This document shows, in pieces, positions 1 to 8,126 of a stretch of 32,325 nucleotides of DNA (position 1 is the stretch's first letter; each line of letters opens with the position of its first letter). Under the pieces are notes generated by a model. That model was not told the DNA's origin. It did not search any database and saw nothing but the letters and a program-made list of their open reading frames with translations. Source of the stretch: an uncultured Deinococcales bacterium (GTDB lineage Bacteria > Deinococcota > Deinococci > Deinococcales > JAAFIG01); contig CAXTTL010000025.1 of the NCBI GenBank assembly GCA_964247135.1, positions 1 through 32,325 of the forward strand, given 5' to 3'. A program made the position numbers and the translations under genes.

Positions 1-1
1 A

Positions 2-763
2 GATACGGTACAAATCGTGCAGGGCGATACCGAATCTGGTCCTTATGCGCCCGCCAGCGGTGGGTCGCAAATCACAGTCAGCGTTTCGGGCGCGGTTCAA
101 GACGCCAGCGTTCAAGTCCGAAATCAACTGCTCGAGGTTGCCGCACTCGAACTCGAGGCACACAAGGATGATCTCGAGTTGAAGAACGGCGCGGCGCAAG
201 TCAAAGGTGTACCTGAAAAAGCCATTGCGATAGGGCGCTTGGCGCAAATCGCTCAATCCAAAGCGGGTGGAATGGGTCCAATCGTTGCCGAGGGGCGTGC
301 CGCCATGAAATCTGGCGCTCCTGGTTTTACGGTGCAACTGGCTCGGGTCAGCGTCAACAAACTGACAGGTTTGATCACGCCGCTCGAGTTTGTGGCGGTG
401 CAAGACGTGGGTTTTGCCCTCAACCCGACCTTGATCGAAGGGCAGATGCACGGCGGCAATGCCCAAGGTTTGAGCATGGGCTTGTACGAAGCGATGCGTT
501 TTGACGAAAGCGGCATTTTGAACAGCGCCAATTTTCTCGAGTATCACTTCCCACGCGCCACAGATTTGCCACCCTTCGAGGCGGTGATTTTGCAAGAACC
601 CAGCGACAGCGGACCGTTCGGCGCAAGGATTGTCGGCGAACCACCGATTGTGGCTGGCGGCGCTGCTGTCGCCAATGCGATTCGTGCCGCCACTGGAATT
701 CGGGTGCTCGAGTTACCGGTCAAACCCGAAGCGCTCTGGAAAGAGATGCAAGCCAAAGCCTAA
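2..763 (+). CDS. Xanthine dehydrogenase/CoxL-family molybdopterin-binding subunit, C-terminal part (5' truncated by window)
   Basis: Frame is open from base 2. Motifs GDT..GP...SGGS, DVGFALNPTLIEGQMHGG..QG and GPFGARIVGEPP..AVANAIRAATG are typical of the Mo-binding subunit C-terminus. Confidence 0.9.
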   Translation, partial: DTVQIVQGDTESGPYAPASGGSQITVSVSGAVQDASVQVRNQLLEVAALELEAHKDDLELKNGAAQVKGVPEKAIAIGRLAQIAQSKAGGMGPIVAEGRAAMKSGAPGFTVQLARVSVNKLTGLITPLEFVAVQDVGFALNPTLIEGQMHGGNAQGLSMGLYEAMRFDESGILNSANFLEYHFPRATDLPPFEAVILQEPSDSGPFGARIVGEPPIVAGGAAVANAIRAATGIRVLELPVKPEALWKEMQAKA

Positions 764-776
764 ACCGCGTTTGAGA

Positions 777-1295
777 TTATTTTGCCAACAAGGCTTTGAT
801 TTGTTGCTCGAACGGTTCGACCCCGCTCGGGTATTCACTCGAGAGTTCGCCGCGTTCGCTCGAGATCAAATGCCCTTGGCGGTCAATCAAATAAAAGGTT
901 GGCCAAGCATTTGCGCCGTAAGCATTCCAGGTGGCGTAATCGTTGTCCTGCATGACCCGCCAAGTAATGCCCTCGCGTTTGATCCAGCTTTTCACCAAGC
1001 CCGCCGGTTTTTGCCATTTTGTTTCAGGCGTGTGAACCCCAACAATCTCGAGTCCCTGCGTCTGATAACGTTTGAGCCAGGTTTTTAGGGTTGGGATTGA
1101 ACGAGTGCAATTGCTGCATTCAACCGTCCAGATGTTGACCAAGACCACCTTGCCGCGCAGTTGTGCCAAAGAGACTGGCTTGCCACCCAGCCACCTTCCG
1201 CCAAGCACAAATTCTGGGGCAATCTGAGGTGTAGAATTCGCCGCACCCAATGCAACGAGCGTCGTAACCAGCAAAACCAAGGGTTTGAGTTTCAT
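777..1295 (-). CDS. Secreted redoxin/thioredoxin-like protein (TlpA / DipZ C-terminal-like)
   Basis: N-terminal signal peptide; LRGKVVLVNIWTVECSNC (CxxC); GVHTPE; AWPTFYLIDRQG (cis-Pro loop). Confidence 0.85.
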   Translation of the reverse strand: MKLKPLVLLVTTLVALGAANSTPQIAPEFVLGGRWLGGKPVSLAQLRGKVVLVNIWTVECSNCTRSIPTLKTWLKRYQTQGLEIVGVHTPETKWQKPAGLVKSWIKREGITWRVMQDNDYATWNAYGANAWPTFYLIDRQGHLISSERGELSSEYPSGVEPFEQQIKALLAK

Positions 1296-1399
1296 CGTCT
1301 CAATGTACGCTCGAGGGACAAAATGGGTTCAAGGGTTTGAGAAACCAGCAAAACGCTGTACGATTTGGTCTCGAGTTTTCGCTCGAGCCAAGGAAACCC

Positions 1400-1666
1400 A
1401 TGACCAATAGTAAAACCGCTCCAACCATCGAATCCATGCAAACCGCCTGTGCTTTTCCCGACAAGGGCGAACGGCGTTACGCCAAGATCAACCTTGAGGC
1501 TGGCTTGCAACTGGCGTTTATTCGCACCAGCGGACGCCGCAACGAACCGCTCGAGGCGTGGTACGTCACGAACGAAACGGGCACGCTGCGGGTTCAGGAA
1601 GAACAAGTTTTAAGCCTTTTGAAACTTTGGACGGGCGGCGAAATCACAACCTTGCGAAACCAATAA
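1400..1666 (+). CDS. Hypothetical protein (88 aa)
   Basis: ATG at 1400 preceded by AAGGA; divergent from the redoxin; fills the gap before rodA; no family recognised. Confidence 0.55.
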   Translation: MTNSKTAPTIESMQTACAFPDKGERRYAKINLEAGLQLAFIRTSGRRNEPLEAWYVTNETGTLRVQEEQVLSLLKLWTGGEITTLRNQ

Positions 1667-1748
1667 AAATCTGAGTTCGAGTCTTTAAGGATGGCAGGGT
1701 GGATTCAACCATGAGCCATTCCTCACCCGAAAAAGATTTAAAATCACC

Positions 1749-1775
1749 AAGGCTCGAGGGGAAGCTCGAGCTTTT
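1749..1775 (+). terminator. Hairpin built from two CTCGAG copies followed by a short T run, upstream of rodA
   Basis: AAGGCTCGAG-GGGAAG-CTCGAGCTTTT: 10-bp stem with one G-U pair. Confidence 0.4.
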
Positions 1776-1793
1776 CCTGATGGGGTTTTTTGC

Positions 1794-2849
1794 ATGATTA
1801 ACCGTGAAGTGGCATTGCCGTTTATCGCCGTGGTGATCCTGAGTGTGGGCTTGTTGACCCTGACCAGTGTCGGGTCGGCGCTCGACATTCAAAAACAATT
1901 TATTGGTGTGGGCATTGCCCTCGTGCCGTTGGCGGCGCTCTGGATTTTGGGTCGGCGCGGCTTGTATCAACTCGCGCCAGCCTTTTATTTTGTCGCGCTG
2001 TTTTTGCTGCTCCTGACGTTCGTGCCTGGTTTTGGCGTGACCGTCAACGGCAACCGTGCCTGGCTCGGACGCGGCGTGTTTCAATTTCAACCCTCCGAAT
2101 TTGCCAAACTCGCCATGATTTTGATGCTCTCGAGGTTCATGCGCGAACCGGTGCGCTCCTTAAAAGATTACATTCCTGTTGCCGCAATTGCCTTGCCCGT
2201 GATGGCACTGACCAGTTCGGATTTGGGTGGCGTGGTCGTGCAACTGGCGGTGACCTTGGGCATGATGGTGATTCGTGGCATCCCCTGGCGGCATTTTTTG
2301 ATCGGAGCCGCAATTTTGGTGGTCGCCATTCCAACGCTCGTCGTGCCTCACCTCAAGGAATATCAGATCAAACGCTTCACGATTTTCTTAAATCCAGACG
2401 CCGATCTCCGAGGTTTGGGCTATCAGCTCAATCAAGCCAAAATTGCCATCGGTTCTGGTGGCTTGACCGGCAAGGGTTACAAGCAAGGTTCGCAGTCCCA
2501 GGGAGGTTTTGTGCCCGAAGCCCATACCGATTTTATTTTTGCGCCCTGGGCAGAGGAACAAGGTTTTATCGGCGGTGCATTCCTGATTTTGATGTACCTG
2601 GCACTCTTTTGGCGCATGACCGCGATGGGCGGTGAGTGTCTGTCCAACCAGGATAAACTCGTGACTGGCGGCGTGCTCTCCTTGCTCGGTTTTCAAGTCT
2701 TCGTCAACCTCGGCGCAGCCCTGGGATTTGCGCCCCTCACAGGCTTAACCCTGCCCTTGGTCAGTTACGGCATCTCGAGTTTGCTGTCGGTTTCGATAGC
2801 GTTAGGCATGGTGTACATCATTCACCGTGATCGCTTTACAGAGTTTTAG
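1794..2849 (+). CDS. rodA: SEDS peptidoglycan glycosyltransferase, RodA/FtsW family (RodA-like)
   Basis: Multiple TM helices; NGNRAWL..FQPSEFAKL; GYQLNQAKIAIGSGGLTGKG..GSQSQ..FVPEAHTDFIF; TGLTLPLVSYG. Confidence 0.85.
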   Translation: MINREVALPFIAVVILSVGLLTLTSVGSALDIQKQFIGVGIALVPLAALWILGRRGLYQLAPAFYFVALFLLLLTFVPGFGVTVNGNRAWLGRGVFQFQPSEFAKLAMILMLSRFMREPVRSLKDYIPVAAIALPVMALTSSDLGGVVVQLAVTLGMMVIRGIPWRHFLIGAAILVVAIPTLVVPHLKEYQIKRFTIFLNPDADLRGLGYQLNQAKIAIGSGGLTGKGYKQGSQSQGGFVPEAHTDFIFAPWAEEQGFIGGAFLILMYLALFWRMTAMGGECLSNQDKLVTGGVLSLLGFQVFVNLGAALGFAPLTGLTLPLVSYGISSLLSVSIALGMVYIIHRDRFTEF

Positions 2850-2923
2850 TGGTGAATGAAAATAAGTTGAAAGTTTTATGGAGCCTCGAGTTTTGTGTCA
2901 GTCCCTCGAGCTAAACTGTATTT

Positions 2924-4057
2924 ATGTTCAACACCCCAATCTGGGATGACACGCCCTGGAATCAACGCCCAGCTTTAACCCACGACCTCGAGACGGACGT
3001 CTGTGTGATTGGATTGGGCGGCAGTGGACTCTCGAGCATTTTGCGGTTGCTTGAGTTGGGACAGCGCGTGGTGGGGTTGGATGCAGGAATGGTTGCGGGC
3101 GGCGCGGCTGGGCGCAACGGCGGGTTTTTGCTGGCGGGTTTGGCAACGTTTTACCACGATACCGTTGCCGCGCTCGGGCGCGAACGAGCCAGCGCCGCCT
3201 ACCGCCTGACCATGCTCGAGATGGATCGCATAACCGCTCAGACGCCCAGCGCCATTCGTCGGGTGGGCAGTTTGCGCATTGCCACCACGCCAACCGAACT
3301 TGCGGATTGCCGTTTGCAAATGGCTGCCATGCAAGAGGGTGGTTTGCCCGTGAGTTGGTATTCTGGACTCGAGGGCGAGGGTTTGTTGATCGAAACCGAC
3401 GGTGCGTTTAACCCGCTCGAGCGGTGTCGGTTGCTTGCCCAACAGGCGATCAAAGCTGGGGCGCAACTGTTTGAAAACTCGAGTGTGACCAACCTTTCGG
3501 GAGTTGAGGTTCGTACCCAAAATGCTGTTGTTCGTTGCAAAAAAGTGATTGTCGCTGTGGACGGCAAACTCGAGCTTTTATTGCCCGAATTGACAGGTCA
3601 GGTTCGCACGGCGCGGCTTCAAATGATCGCCAGCGCTCCGACAAACGAAGTGCAGCTTTCACGCCCAGTCTATGCCCGTTGGGGCTACGAATACTGGCAG
3701 CAACTCCCGAATGGCAGCATCAGTTTGGGAGGCTTCCGTGACGCCGCACTCGAGCAAGAATGGACGACCGACTCTCAGCCTTCGCCACCGATTCAAGACT
3801 TACTCGAGCAATTTCTGCACGAAAAAATTGGGGTGAAAAACGCGCCAATTACGCACCGTTGGGCGGCGAGCGTCAGTTACTCGAGCAACGCCTTGCCAGT
3901 GCTGAGGGAAGTCCGTGAAAATCTTTGGGCAATTGGTGGTTACAGCGGCACGGGCAACGTGGTCGGCGCTTTGTTTGGGCGTATGGTGGCGGACCTTGCG
4001 GTGACAGGAAAGTCCGAGAATGCCGCTTTGTTTCTCGAAGCAGGCTCAAGAACTTAA
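2924..4057 (+). CDS. FAD-dependent oxidoreductase, DAO/PuuB-like
   Basis: DVCVIGLGGSG (GxGxxG), GAAGRNGG and C-terminal GGYSGTG motifs; TAAACT (2912-2917) lies 6 nt before the ATG, a leaderless-type start. Confidence 0.85.
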   Translation: MFNTPIWDDTPWNQRPALTHDLETDVCVIGLGGSGLSSILRLLELGQRVVGLDAGMVAGGAAGRNGGFLLAGLATFYHDTVAALGRERASAAYRLTMLEMDRITAQTPSAIRRVGSLRIATTPTELADCRLQMAAMQEGGLPVSWYSGLEGEGLLIETDGAFNPLERCRLLAQQAIKAGAQLFENSSVTNLSGVEVRTQNAVVRCKKVIVAVDGKLELLLPELTGQVRTARLQMIASAPTNEVQLSRPVYARWGYEYWQQLPNGSISLGGFRDAALEQEWTTDSQPSPPIQDLLEQFLHEKIGVKNAPITHRWAASVSYSSNALPVLREVRENLWAIGGYSGTGNVVGALFGRMVADLAVTGKSENAALFLEAGSRT

Positions 4058-4206
4058 GGATTTTTGTCGTTCATGCCATCACGAAAGCCTTTTCCAGTGG
4101 CTCGAGCGATTGAGTACCACATTCGCGGTAGGAAAGCGTAGTTGATTCCGATTAGGACAAGAGCGATAACTGCAAGACCAATCAATTCGAGAGCGCCTAA
4201 ACTCAT
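4054..4206 (-). CDS. Small membrane protein, TatA/E-like architecture (50 aa; not in ORF track)
   Basis: Hand translation MSLGALELIGLAVIALVLIGINYAFLPRMWYSIARATGKGFRDGMNDKNP: one TM helix then an amphipathic helix. TATTGT lies 5 nt before the ATG. The stop shares TTAA with the convergent gene. Confidence 0.65.
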   Translation of the reverse strand: MSLGALELIGLAVIALVLIGINYAFLPRMWYSIARATGKGFRDGMNDKNP

Positions 4207-4274
4207 GCTTCACAATACGACGGTTTTAGTCAGATCGTTCCATCATCCGCCCATGAGCTTCTCTTTGTAAATTA

Positions 4275-4345
4275 TGAGATGCGAATCATATTTATTTCAC
4301 GGTGTAGCTACTCAAAATCCTAAGTTGATGAGAATTTTTTCTCAT
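4275..4345. promoter_or_regulatory. Two CRP/DdrI-like palindromes in the divergent intergenic region
   Basis: TGAGA-N6-TCATA (4275-4290) and perfect TGAGA-N6-TCTCA (4329-4344), with the same geometry as the CRP-family TGTGA-N6-TCACA site. Confidence 0.45.
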
Positions 4346-4553
4346 GATTCTTAGACCAAAAAAAGTTTTGCTATTTTGACCAGAGGAAAACCAAAACCTT
4401 GGGTATTGTGTAAACGATTACGCAGTGTCTTGCTTTCACTTTTTACTTCACTGCATTTGCAACTCGAGCAACAATTCATGACGACCAAATTCGGAACTGA
4501 ACACATCAAAAATCAACTCGCCTGACCAGAATTTTTGGCAGGCTGGAGGTTTA

Positions 4554-6941
4554 ATGCGAAAATTAATTGCAATCCTGGCGCTCAGTGCCAGCCTGTCCTT
4601 GGCAGCTCCGAGCAGTGTTGTCGTGCAGTCTGGCGATACGCTGGGGAGTATCGCCGCACGAAACGGCGTCAGCGTCCAAGCGCTTTTAAAAGCCAACAAT
4701 TTAGTCGCCACCAGCACCCTCAAAATCGGGCAGGTGCTGAACATTCCAGGTGCCTCGAGTCAGCAAAAAACCGGCAGCATCACGGTTCAATCTGGCGATA
4801 CGCTCGGTTCGATTGCCAATCGCTACGGCGTCAGCGTTGCCACGCTCAAGTCAATCAATGGTCTAAGCGGTGACAGTGTTTCGGTCGGGCAGGTCTTGCG
4901 GCTCTCAGGCTCGAGCGTTAAACCGAACAACGCCTCTACCGGCAACCAAAAAGCAAAATCGGCAACGGTCACTGTGCAACCTGGCGACACCCTCGGCGAG
5001 ATTGCCCAAGCCAACAACACCACCGTCGCCGCACTAAAATCACTCAACAACCTCTCGAGCAACGACCTGAAATTGGGGCAGGTTCTGAAAGTCTCAGGCT
5101 CGAGTGACACAACCACCAAAAGCTCGAGCAACCCCAGCCTATCGTCAACCGGTACGGTCACGGTCAAGGCAGGCGACACTTTGGGCGAGATTGCGCAAGC
5201 CAACAACATCACCGTTGACAAGCTCAAAGCTTTAAACGGACTGAGCGGCAACGACCTGAAGCTCGGTCAGGTGCTGAAAATTTCTGGCTCGAGCAATAAC
5301 ACCAAAGCAAGTGATAAAACCGCCCCAAGCTCGAGCAGTGCTTCCAAAACCACGGTGACAATCAAAGCGGGCGACAGCTTAAGCAAGATTGCCCAAGCCA
5401 ATGGCATGACCACTGCCGCATTGCGCAGCCTCAACAACCTCTCGAGTGACGACCTGAAGCTTGGGCAAGTCCTGAAAGTTGTTGGTGTTAAACCAGCAAG
5501 CTCGGGTGTCAAAACGCAAGCTGCCAAAACGCCGAATCTTCCCGCCAGCGTCACAGTTCTAAAGGGCGATAATTTAATCAAAATTGCCAAACAATACGGT
5601 TTAAGCATCGAGAACTTGCGCAAACTCAACGATCTCAAATCCGACGATCTGGCGCTGGGACAAACATTAAAACTGAAAGCGCCAGTGGTCGCCAAAACCA
5701 ACAAACCTTCAAAACCAACCTTGAGCACTGCAAAAGCGAGCACCGCAAAAACCGATCAGCCAACCGCAAAAGGCAATCAAACCAAACCTGTAACTTTGAG
5801 CAAACCAAGTGTGACAACCTCGAGTGTGACAACCAACAAAACAACGGCAAATACCGGCAAGCCCACGGTGAGCGCTAAACCACTTGCGACCACCGCCAAA
5901 AAACCAGAAGTTGCCAAGACCAACCCAAACCAACCCCTCACAAATCAAAAACCAGGTCCCGTCAAATCGTCAATCTATCCACTAAAACCAACAACCACCG
6001 TACAAAATGCCCCAAAACCAGCATCCGTTGCCCTCAAGCCAACACCTGTTAAACCAGCCCCAACAAAACCTGTTACACAGGCGCCAAAGCCAATTGCAAG
6101 CGCTCCCAAATCCCAAGCCTCAAGCGTCAAACCAAGCCAGCCAAACGTTGAGGCACAACCAAACAAACCCGTCATGAACGAAGCAACCGTTCCAGATACC
6201 AATGCTCAAAATAACGCCGCAACCACAAGTCCAGAAACGATCACAGCCACCAACGCCAGCAGCCCCTCGAGTGTCACGGGTCTGGCGGCGGTCACTTCAA
6301 TGGGCGCCCCAGGTGAAAGCCCATTGCAAAGCTTGCCTCCAACATCGGAGATCGACCAAAGCCAATCGGGTGTCGGTTCGGACGCCGATTACATCATCAT
6401 CGAACCACAAAACTCGCTCGAGGTTGTGGGTCAACGAACCGGTTCTGTGCCTTCGACCACGCCCGCAAAACCGCCCACCAACACCACACCGCAACAACTT
6501 GCCAAGTACAGCCGCGAGCACCTGCTGTGGCCACTTCAGGGTGTGCTGACCAGCTTTTACGGCTACCGCAGCCTTCGCATTGGTCGCTCACACTTTCACA
6601 CGGGCTTGGACATTGCCGCCCCGAGGGGCACGCCCGTTTACGCCGCGCTGTCTGGACGGGTCGAGCAAGCCGGTTGGAGTCGGGTCGGTTACGGCAATCT
6701 GGTGATTATTCGCGGTTGGGATGGAAGAATGTATTACTACGGTCACAACTCGAAACTGCTGGTCAAAGCGGGACAGTGGGTCAACCAAGGCACCATGATT
6801 TCCAAGGTGGGTTCAACCGGTTACGCCACAGGACCGCACCTGCATTTTGAAATCAGAATCGGGGGTCACACCCACAACCCGTTGGCGTACCTGCCGCGAA
6901 GCCAAGTGCAGTTTGCCAGATACGCGCCGCCAAAACGCTAG
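4554..6941 (+). CDS. Secreted peptidoglycan endopeptidase: 6 LysM domains, long K/P/T-rich linker, M23 peptidase
   Basis: GGAGG SD; signal peptide; six V..GD(T/S/N)L..IA..LN.L....L..GQ.L repeats; C-terminal HTGLD and HLHFE zinc ligands. Confidence 0.93.
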   Translation: MRKLIAILALSASLSLAAPSSVVVQSGDTLGSIAARNGVSVQALLKANNLVATSTLKIGQVLNIPGASSQQKTGSITVQSGDTLGSIANRYGVSVATLKSINGLSGDSVSVGQVLRLSGSSVKPNNASTGNQKAKSATVTVQPGDTLGEIAQANNTTVAALKSLNNLSSNDLKLGQVLKVSGSSDTTTKSSSNPSLSSTGTVTVKAGDTLGEIAQANNITVDKLKALNGLSGNDLKLGQVLKISGSSNNTKASDKTAPSSSSASKTTVTIKAGDSLSKIAQANGMTTAALRSLNNLSSDDLKLGQVLKVVGVKPASSGVKTQAAKTPNLPASVTVLKGDNLIKIAKQYGLSIENLRKLNDLKSDDLALGQTLKLKAPVVAKTNKPSKPTLSTAKASTAKTDQPTAKGNQTKPVTLSKPSVTTSSVTTNKTTANTGKPTVSAKPLATTAKKPEVAKTNPNQPLTNQKPGPVKSSIYPLKPTTTVQNAPKPASVALKPTPVKPAPTKPVTQAPKPIASAPKSQASSVKPSQPNVEAQPNKPVMNEATVPDTNAQNNAATTSPETITATNASSPSSVTGLAAVTSMGAPGESPLQSLPPTSEIDQSQSGVGSDADYIIIEPQNSLEVVGQRTGSVPSTTPAKPPTNTTPQQLAKYSREHLLWPLQGVLTSFYGYRSLRIGRSHFHTGLDIAAPRGTPVYAALSGRVEQAGWSRVGYGNLVIIRGWDGRMYYYGHNSKLLVKAGQWVNQGTMISKVGSTGYATGPHLHFEIRIGGHTHNPLAYLPRSQVQFARYAPPKR

Positions 6942-6957
6942 AAAGACCATCAAACTC

Positions 6958-6989
6958 AAACGCTCGAGGCATGTGCTCGAGCGTTTTTT
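6958..6989 (+). terminator. Intrinsic terminator whose stem is two CTCGAG copies
   Basis: AAACGCTCGAG-GCATGTG-CTCGAGCGTTT-TTT, starting 17 nt after the M23 gene stop. Confidence 0.8.
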
Positions 6990-7009
6990 GATTCGGGTAG
7001 AATACCCAA

Positions 7010-7420
7010 GTGAAAACCATCATCGAGCCGCCCAACCTAAAGCCAGACCCACCAGGCGTTGCCAGAATGCTCGAGATTATCTTCCCAGGCAACACCAATT
7101 CGCTCGGAACGGCGTTCGGTGGGCACATTTTAAGCCTGATGGACAAAGCCGCCGCGTTTGCCGCAGGGCGTTACAGCCTGACGCCGGTCGTGACCGCCTC
7201 GATTGACAAAATCGATTTTCGGGTGCCGATCAAAAACGGCGACGCCCTCGAGTTGATCGCCTGCGTCGAAAGTGTCGGCAACACCAGTATGCGCGTTCGG
7301 GTGGACGTTTTTAAGGAAAACCGTGCCACCCGCGAGCAAGTGCTTTGCACCACCGGACACATGGTCATGATCTCGATTGGCAACGACGGCAAACCCTGCG
7401 CGGTCAAACACCCAACTTAA
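7010..7420 (+). CDS. Acyl-CoA thioesterase (YciA-like hotdog fold)
   Basis: IFPGNTNSLGTAFGGHILSLMDKAA, VVTASIDKIDF, VGNTSM; TAGAAT 6 nt before the GTG. Confidence 0.9.
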   Translation: MKTIIEPPNLKPDPPGVARMLEIIFPGNTNSLGTAFGGHILSLMDKAAAFAAGRYSLTPVVTASIDKIDFRVPIKNGDALELIACVESVGNTSMRVRVDVFKENRATREQVLCTTGHMVMISIGNDGKPCAVKHPT

Positions 7421-7445
7421 AACGCGTTTGCGTTAAAATAGCCTC

Positions 7446-8075
7446 ATGGAACTCCCCCTGACCGAAATGGAAGTCCGCATTCTGGGTACATTGATGGAAA
7501 AACAGGTCACCACCCCAGACCTGTACCCGCTCAGCCTGAACAGCCTGACCAACGGTTGCAATCAAAAAACCTCCAGGGCGCCGATCACCAATTATTCGGA
7601 GCGCGAACTCGAGAATGCCCTCGAGAAACTCGGGCACAAACGCCTGACCGCCTTCGGGCGCGAACCTGGCGGGCGCACGCCAAAATACTCGCAGTACCTG
7701 GCTCGAGAATTGCGCTTTGAACCCCAGCACCATGCGCTGATGTGCGTCTTGATGCTGCGCGGACCGCAGACGATGGGCGAATTGCGAGCCAGAACCGATC
7801 AGATGTACAAGTTTGAGAGCCTCGAGGCGGTCGAACACGCGCTCAATCAACTGACCACCTGGTTGACCGACCCGCTGGTGATCGAATTGCCAAGGCAGGC
7901 GGGCGAACGCGACAACCGTTGGACGCACATGCTCTGCGGAGCGCCGACGATGGTGGCATTGAGCGAACCCAGGGTCAGCAGCGCTTCGGAAATGACCGCG
8001 CGGGTCGAGGCGCTCGAGGCTGAAATGCGCGAGTTGAGGGAAGAACTCGAGAAGTTGAAAACGACGGTGGGCTAG
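7446..8075 (+). CDS. YceH/DUF480 family protein
   Basis: E.RILG.LMEKQVTTPD.YPLSLNSL...CNQKTSR.P; LMLRGPQT.GELR; C-terminal coiled coil; TAAAAT 6 nt before the ATG. Confidence 0.9.
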   Translation: MELPLTEMEVRILGTLMEKQVTTPDLYPLSLNSLTNGCNQKTSRAPITNYSERELENALEKLGHKRLTAFGREPGGRTPKYSQYLARELRFEPQHHALMCVLMLRGPQTMGELRARTDQMYKFESLEAVEHALNQLTTWLTDPLVIELPRQAGERDNRWTHMLCGAPTMVALSEPRVSSASEMTARVEALEAEMRELREELEKLKTTVG

Positions 8076-8098
8076 CAAACTCGAGTTTGGTTTTTTTT
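8076..8098 (+). terminator. Weak terminator-like palindrome centred on CTCGAG plus T run
   Basis: CAAACTCGAGTTTG followed by GTTTTTTTT, directly after the YceH stop. Confidence 0.4.
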
Positions 8099-8126
8099 CA
8101 TTCATGCTTGATAGACTAAAATTCCA

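Noticed and set aside
5808-5834. Direct repeat AGTGTGACAACC x2
   Set aside because: Encodes SVTT-S-SVTT in a low-complexity linker; simple slippage.
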